A stretch of 64,000 nt of DNA from Octopus vulgaris (lineage: Eukaryota): positions 8,370,001 to 8,434,000 of the forward strand of contig OX597829.1 in the NCBI GenBank assembly GCA_951406725.2, given 5' to 3'. The notes beneath the pieces were generated by a model. The model had not been told where the DNA came from and did no database searches. It saw only the letters and a list, made by a program, of their open reading frames with translations. The position numbers and the translations under genes are program-made. Position 1 is the stretch's first letter, and every line of letters starts with the position of its first letter. Below, in pieces: positions 56,816-64,000 of this stretch.

Positions 56816-57140
56816 GACACTCCATCAGTTATGATGATGAGTGATCCAGTTGATCTGATCAACGGAACAGCCTGCTCGTGAAATTGAAGTACAAGTGGCT
56901 GAGCACACAATAGACAGGCGTAATCATAACGTAGTTCTGAGGGAGATCAGTGGGACACGGACTGTGACCAGTCTGGCACCTTGAAATACAGAAACAACTC
57001 ATTTCTGCCAGCTGTGTAGACTGAAAGAACGTGAGGTAAAGTGTCTTGCTCAAGGGGACAACGCGCAACCGGGAATTGAATTCTCGACCTTACGGTCGTG
57101 AACCGAATTCTCTACAGCTTAACCACTAAGCCACGCGCTC
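56816..57140 (-). mobile_element. SINE family C
   Basis: gatcaacggaacagcctgctcgtgaaatt...gtcttgctcaagg...taaccactaagccacgcg. Confidence 0.75.
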
Positions 57141-57236
57141 TTACACACACACACACACACACACAAAGTTTGCACGGCACTTACCAAATTTTAGGAGTCA
57201 ATAAACAATTCTGAACTACATTCCTACACTCTACGC

Positions 57237-57642
57237 CAGTGCTCCTCAGTCGAGTTCAATATGACGCCTGGAGGTTCATATAAACAGTTTGAGGGTCTAC
57301 GCAAGCAAATTAGTAAGTTGGCAATCCATGTTAGTATTTTAGGGGTCAATTTAAACAATTTTGCTTTAGAAGTACATATTGCAAGAAACAGCTACATTTT
57401 TTTTCTGACGTTTTACATAGATTAATATGTTTCTGGGTAGTGAAACAAATTTTCCTTGTGTATGCTTCCACACACACATTCCTACACCAGTGAGTGTGTG
57501 AAATAAAAAAAAATTTAGGAATTTTGAAAGATGTATCTGTAAAGCTAGTTTTCAAACATGGAATGGTTATGAGCCTCAACCATAGTAAAATGGTAATCAA
57601 AAGGGTTCATACATAAAAAAAAAAATTGGTTCAGAATCGTTG
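57237..57642. mobile_element. hAT (Charlie-like) MITE, decayed
   Basis: Ends cagtgctcctca and (revcomp) caacgattctgaacc resemble CAGTGGTTCTCAACC; 8-bp flanks ctctacgc/ctttacgg match 6/8. Confidence 0.45.
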
Positions 57643-57726
57643 CTTTACGGCGTTTGAAAAATAACCATCATATCATGTTATCACTGGATAGGGTAGCTCC
57701 GGTGTTCGAGCACCCTCTATCATATA

Positions 57727-57837
<111 letters not shown>

Positions 57838-57839
57838 GC

Positions 57840-57884
<45 letters not shown>

Positions 57885-58708
57885 CATATATCTGTGTGTG
57901 TATGTATGCATATACATATAAGTAGAGAAATATGTACATAAATCAGTATATCAGTGTGTGGGGGTGTATCTGTTTATGTGTGCGTGTACTTGTGTGTATG
58001 CGTGTGTGTATCTTTGTGTGTGTGTGTACGTTTGTATTTATTAGTTCTTAGTATCTCTTCCGGCTGCGTCTCTTATTGTTGTTATTTATTTGTTGTTCAA
58101 GTTGTTGTTCTATTGTATTGTAAAGATTTCTATCACTTGAATTTTTTTATCTCCCCTAATTCTCCTCTCATTTAAGGAGTTCAAATTCCACATACGTGCT
58201 CTCTTAAACTTGCATGTTTCCGTGATCTCTTTCATATTTCGTTATTTCTATAATTCACTACACTTCATACAATCCCATATCTCTCTTCCTCTCTTACACA
58301 CACATATACACAAAAACACAAACACACACAAACACACACCCATGCACACACGCACACAAATGTAACTCTGTTATAAATTATTCTAAATTGTTATTCCTTT
58401 TGGAATTTTTTTGTTTTTTCTTTCCTCTCCTTTTTTTTGTTTGTTTTTGCCTTAATTTTAATGCGTTAAATAAAAAGACAGACATTTTCTCTTCATGCCT
58501 ATATATATATTGTAAATTTTTTCGCATTGTTTCAGTGGTATTTCTGTAAAAGTATGTTAACTAGGAATGACAAACCTAGTTTCCACGATACTGATATGGT
58601 TACTAAGCATTTATGATATCATTCGGCTAGTATCAGCGTTTGGATTTTCTTTTAATAAGTGTTGTTTTGAGGGCATAGTTTTATTCTATTTTGTCACAGA
58701 TATTATCT

Positions 58709-59766
<1,058 letters not shown>

Positions 59767-59767
59767 T

Positions 59768-59990
59768 ATTTCTTTACTTCCCACAAGGGTTAAACACAGA
59801 AGGGACAAACGAGGACAGACAAACGGATTAAGTCGATTACATCGACCCCAGTGCGTAACTGGTACTTAATTTATCGACCCCGAAAGGATGAAAGGCAAAG
59901 TCGACCTCGGCGAGATTTGAACTCAGAAGGTAGCGACAGACGAAATACCGCAAAGCATTTCGCCCGGCGTGCAAACGTTTCTACCAGCTC
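59768..59990 (-). mobile_element. SINE family A (Tx1-like tail) running into the (ACT)n array
   Basis: Reverse complement of 1030-1254. Confidence 0.85.
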
Positions 59991-60480
59991 TAGTAGTAAT
60001 AGTACTAGTAATAGTTGCTGTTTTGCCCGCCCCATTACCAAGTTAACTCTCATAGAATGCAAATATGATTCGTCAATATTTCAACTTCGATCATTCAAAT
60101 CTATTTTTGTTTTTGGTGTACCAGAAGCTATGTTCTATATACTCTGAACTGTATTCTTATTAGTACTTGATCTAATGAAGATTTGACTGCTATTTCTTTG
60201 TTGGCCGAGTAACTTTGTAGAGAAATTTTTCATTGGCTCATTTATAGTTTAAGTGTTTCCGTCTATTGTGGCTGATTTTTCTAACGTTTTATTATTTATA
60301 CTTTTGCTTTCCTTAGTATTGACACCACTTAAGCTATTGTTATATTAAATGTTCTCTTCAGTGCTTGAGGTCAGTTCTTTAGCTAATATATTGGAATTTA
60401 GTTATTGTTTTATCACCACTTCCTTGTTTTTTTTATTTTATTTCCTGCTCCTCTAGGTTTCGCGCAATCCTTCAATGATA

Positions 60481-60652
60481 CTTTCTACTATAGGCACAAG
60501 GTCTGAAATTTTGTGGGAGGGTAGTAGTCAATGGCATCGACCGCAGTGCTCGACAGATATTTAATTTATCGACCCCGAGGGGACGAAAGGCAAAGTCGAC
60601 CTCGGTGGAATTTGAACTCAGAACGTAAAGACGGACGAAATGCCAGCTTGCC
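60481..60652 (-). mobile_element. SINE family A (second tail type)
   Basis: ctttctactataggcacaagg...aaaggcaaagtcgacctcgg...gaactcagaacg. Confidence 0.8.
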
Positions 60653-61694
60653 GTCTTTGGCGATCCTTTAATGATGTTATTGAATATTAGCCTTATAACG
60701 ACTGCGTAACAAGTGGTTGATTTCTAACAGTTTTAATAATTTGATCCATAATAAATTATACCGACGCAAACTCAAATTCAACAGAGCTGCTATATCTTGT
60801 AGGTCAAGCGGCCTAACTAGAAATGTCAATCGGCGAGTATTGGTGTTAGTACTGAGTGGTGGCGGGGTTAATCGTTGTAATTGTTCTTGCAGTTGTTCGT
60901 GGAGACGACGACGGCGACGGCGATGATGATGATGGTGTTGATAATGTTTTATCGAGGACAGTGTTGTAAAAATAAGATCAAAGTTCCCAAAAATTATCTT
61001 AAGAAAATAAAATGTAATAAAATAAACTAAGTGTCCTAAGTATGTGTGTACATGTGTAACACTCGCACGCATAAGTATATGCATAGAATTATGTGCGTCT
61101 TTTAACGACCGTATTAAAAGTTGTGTTGATATACGCGCCTAAGCACATATACACACATATACGCTACGCAAGCGCACGCACGCACACATACACGTGCGAA
61201 AGTGTGTGTGTGCGCGCGTGTTTGTGTACAGGCACAGGCTGGGGCAAACCACACACACTACACGTAACAGTGTTGGTGTTTAGTAGAAGATTACTTAGAC
61301 TTTCACACATTTGTCACGCACGCGAGGCATGTATCAGGATCTCTTCACACGATATGAAGTCGTCATAGACATCAGGAAATTTGTTCATAACTGCACTTGC
61401 AAGATCCGTTCATACAAGTTCCTTATTGCGAAGTGCAAGTTTACTATCACAGGATTAATGTGTAATGCAGGGCCATACATCTGCAGGCTGCAACTAGTCC
61501 AATCAACCTTAACCAATCCTACAATTGCAACAACGAACTCATTATCTTTCGCCACTTTTTAAAATTCCGTAATATAGAGTGAATGTTTCGGAACCACATA
61601 ACTTCTGTGCTTAACTCAGTAAAAATTCTGAGTAACAACTTAGCAAATTTAGCGACTGACTATGCACAAAAACATACGTACATAATACACACAT

Positions 61695-61825
61695 CCATCC
61701 GTCCACCCATCCATCCATCCATCCATCCATCCATCCATCCATCCATCCATCCATCCATCCATCCATCCATCCATCCATCCATCCATCCATCCATCCATCC
61801 TATCCATCTAATCATCCATCCATCT
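61695..61825. repeat. (ATCC)n microsatellite
   Basis: Direct reading. Confidence 0.95.
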
Positions 61826-61942
61826 ATATTCGACGACAAGTATTAGATAACACTGAAAGTTGTCAGTCAGGCGGGACAGCTCACCCTCAGGTGAGCAAGA
61901 ATGATAGATATCAATACCAAAGAGCTACAATAACAGAGAAAA

Positions 61943-62162
61943 GGTGCAGACGTACGTGCCTGTGTGATAAGAAGCTTGTTTCTCAACCACATGGTTCTGG
62001 GTTCAGTCCCACTGCCTGGCAACTTGGGCAAGTGTCTTCTACTATAACCTCGGGCAGGCCAGAACTTTTGAGTCAATTTGGTAGAGTGAAAGTGAAACAA
62101 GCCCGTCGTACACATACAGGAATACATACATACATACATACATACATACATACATACATACA

Positions 62163-62198
<36 letters not shown>

Positions 62199-62470
62199 TA
62201 TATACATACATGCATACATACATACATACATACATACATACATACATACATACATACATACATACATACATACACACACATACATAATACGCACACACAC
62301 ACACATATATATATGTGTGTGTATGTGTTTGCATGTGTTTTGTCTGTGCTTGTCCCCGCTAGTTTGACAACAGGTGTGGTGTGCTTTCGTCACCGTAACT
62401 TTGCAAGCGAAAGAGAACGATAAATTAAATGGCAGGTATAACAAAAAGGACTGTGGTTGATTCATTCCGC
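61943..62470 (+). mobile_element. SINE family B with (CATA)n internal array
   Basis: atggttctgggttcagtccc...cttgggcaagtgtcttct...gtcaccgtaactt. Confidence 0.75.
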
Positions 62471-62481
62471 AGTCTAATAAA

Positions 62482-63140
62482 TTGAAAGGAAAGTGAGGGT
62501 GAAGAGGTAAGTTCTACCGGTGAATTTGTGAAAAGATGGGGGACTGTAGCAAAAATAGAGTAAATGGCCCTACTATAAGTATGCGCCATAGATTGGAGAG
62601 CAACATTTGGGAGAGAGCCATGCCTTTGGCGGTCAGGGTAATATTTGATCTGTGGAGTTCCTTTGATTGGCCCTAGTTGAGTTTCTTCTGTACCAGGAGG
62701 GCTGCATCATTCAAATGTTATCACAAACTTTGTACACGGTATTTTACCTGTTTCAGTCAGTAGACTGCAGCCATTCTGGGGTACTACCTTGAAGAACTGT
62801 AGCCGAAGGAATTGACCCCAGTATTTTTTAAAGCCTGCTTGTGAAGTAGTGGTGGTGGAGGGACAAACACAAACACACATATGACAGACTTCTTTCAATG
62901 TCCGTCCATTAAATCTACTTACAAGGCTGTGATTGACACGAGGCTTTAGTAGAACACGGTCGCCTAAGGCACCATGCAGTGGAACTGAACTTGGAACCAA
63001 TTAGTTAGGAGGCAAGCTTCTTGCCACACAGCCACATCGCATTTCGCCGTCTTTTCCATTTCCTGTACCTCATCTTTTATGTAAATCTCCCTACAAATTG
63101 TTCACTGTCCCAATGATGTTCTCTGTGGCTAATGAAATCA
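62482..63140 (+). mobile_element. Tx1-like LINE 3' remnant with (ATC)n tail, interrupted by SINE B
   Basis: KVRVKR*VL..EFVKRWGTVAK matches the C-terminus near 22340-22410; ends tgtcccaatg...ctgtggctaatgaaa-(tca)n. Confidence 0.55.
62748..63035 (-). mobile_element. SINE family B
   Basis: ctgtttcagtcagtagactgcagcca...gcagtggaactgaac...ccacacagccac. Confidence 0.7.
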
Positions 63141-63351
63141 TCATCATCATCATCGTCGTCGTCGTCGCCGCCGTCACCACCATCATCATCATCATCATCA
63201 TAAATATTATCATTATATGAAAAGTCACAGCATATTTTTCTGGGTATAACGGGAAATGCTAGCTGTCTCCAGCCAGCAGACTAAGGTGATACTTGTTTAC
63301 TGGTCATGCTTCAAGAACTCCATTATCATCATCATCATCATTATTATTATT

Positions 63352-63834
63352 GAGTGAGAGAGCAGTTCATGCCATCAAAGTGACACTGTGGTAAAATATA
63401 CGAAGCCCAATATACCCATCATCACTACCCGTCTGATAAGGGTACACCAGGCACATGCATCACAACCATATGTGCGCGACATGGTGATCTCATATCAAGA
63501 TAAACAGCACATGACCTTGCAGGTGGGGCTCAGTTAGAATTTTCTTCAGGTTGAGTAGCCCAACCCGCTCAAAAGGTCCCTGAATAAGGGTTGTTTAAGG
63601 ATGTTGAAAGAACCACCCATGTTTCCAAAGGTGAATTATTAAAACCCAAAAGAATCCCTCTCAACACATGGCTATGACGCTCCCCCACTACTTCTGCTCG
63701 TGATCAGAGATGCACATATCGTCAGCCACTAAGGGACATGCTCAATTGGTTAAGGTCAAACAATTGACAAGCAAATCTGTGGTATTGAGCAGAATATTTG
63801 CTGTAGCCCATCTTTTATACCAAGACAAAACATT
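63352..63834 (-). mobile_element. Family D, longest copy, within (TTA)n
   Basis: Matches 8793-9157 and extends about 115 bp further 5'. Confidence 0.85.
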
Positions 63835-63852
63835 GATAAACAGCACATGACC

Positions 63853-63853
<1 letters not shown>

Positions 63854-63934
<81 letters not shown>

Positions 63935-63960
63935 CAGTATTATTATTATTATTATAAATA

Positions 63961-64000
<40 letters not shown>
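63854..64000. repeat. (TTA)n microsatellite
   Basis: Direct reading. Confidence 0.95.

Overview
AT-rich, microsatellite-saturated eukaryotic (animal) DNA with no recognisable intact host gene. The repeat landscape (tRNA-derived SINE families, R4/Dong, Tx1-like and RTE LINE remnants, Penelope-like elements, long AT/ATAC/AAT arrays) resembles a coleoid cephalopod such as Octopus; this is an inference from pattern recall, not a search. Most ORF-track entries are microsatellite translations. The most notable signal is a set of type-I hammerhead ribozyme (HHR) folds read directly from the sequence: six clear (90-145 +, 1939-2023 -, 29319-29400 +, 40938-41044 -, 55884-56002 -, 56019-56147 +) and several decayed. 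They belong to different sequence families and have long stem II and short palindromic stem III. One lies in a ~420-bp element with a tRNA-derived head (candidate SINE-retrozyme); two form a head-to-head palindrome; one precedes a Naiad-like Penelope GIY-YIG remnant. Also seen: a young non-coding retroelement always embedded in (TAA)n, a SINE whose 3' tail matches a Tx1-like LINE 3' end, and weak candidate host exons. Coordinates were counted by hand; repeat boundaries are approximate.
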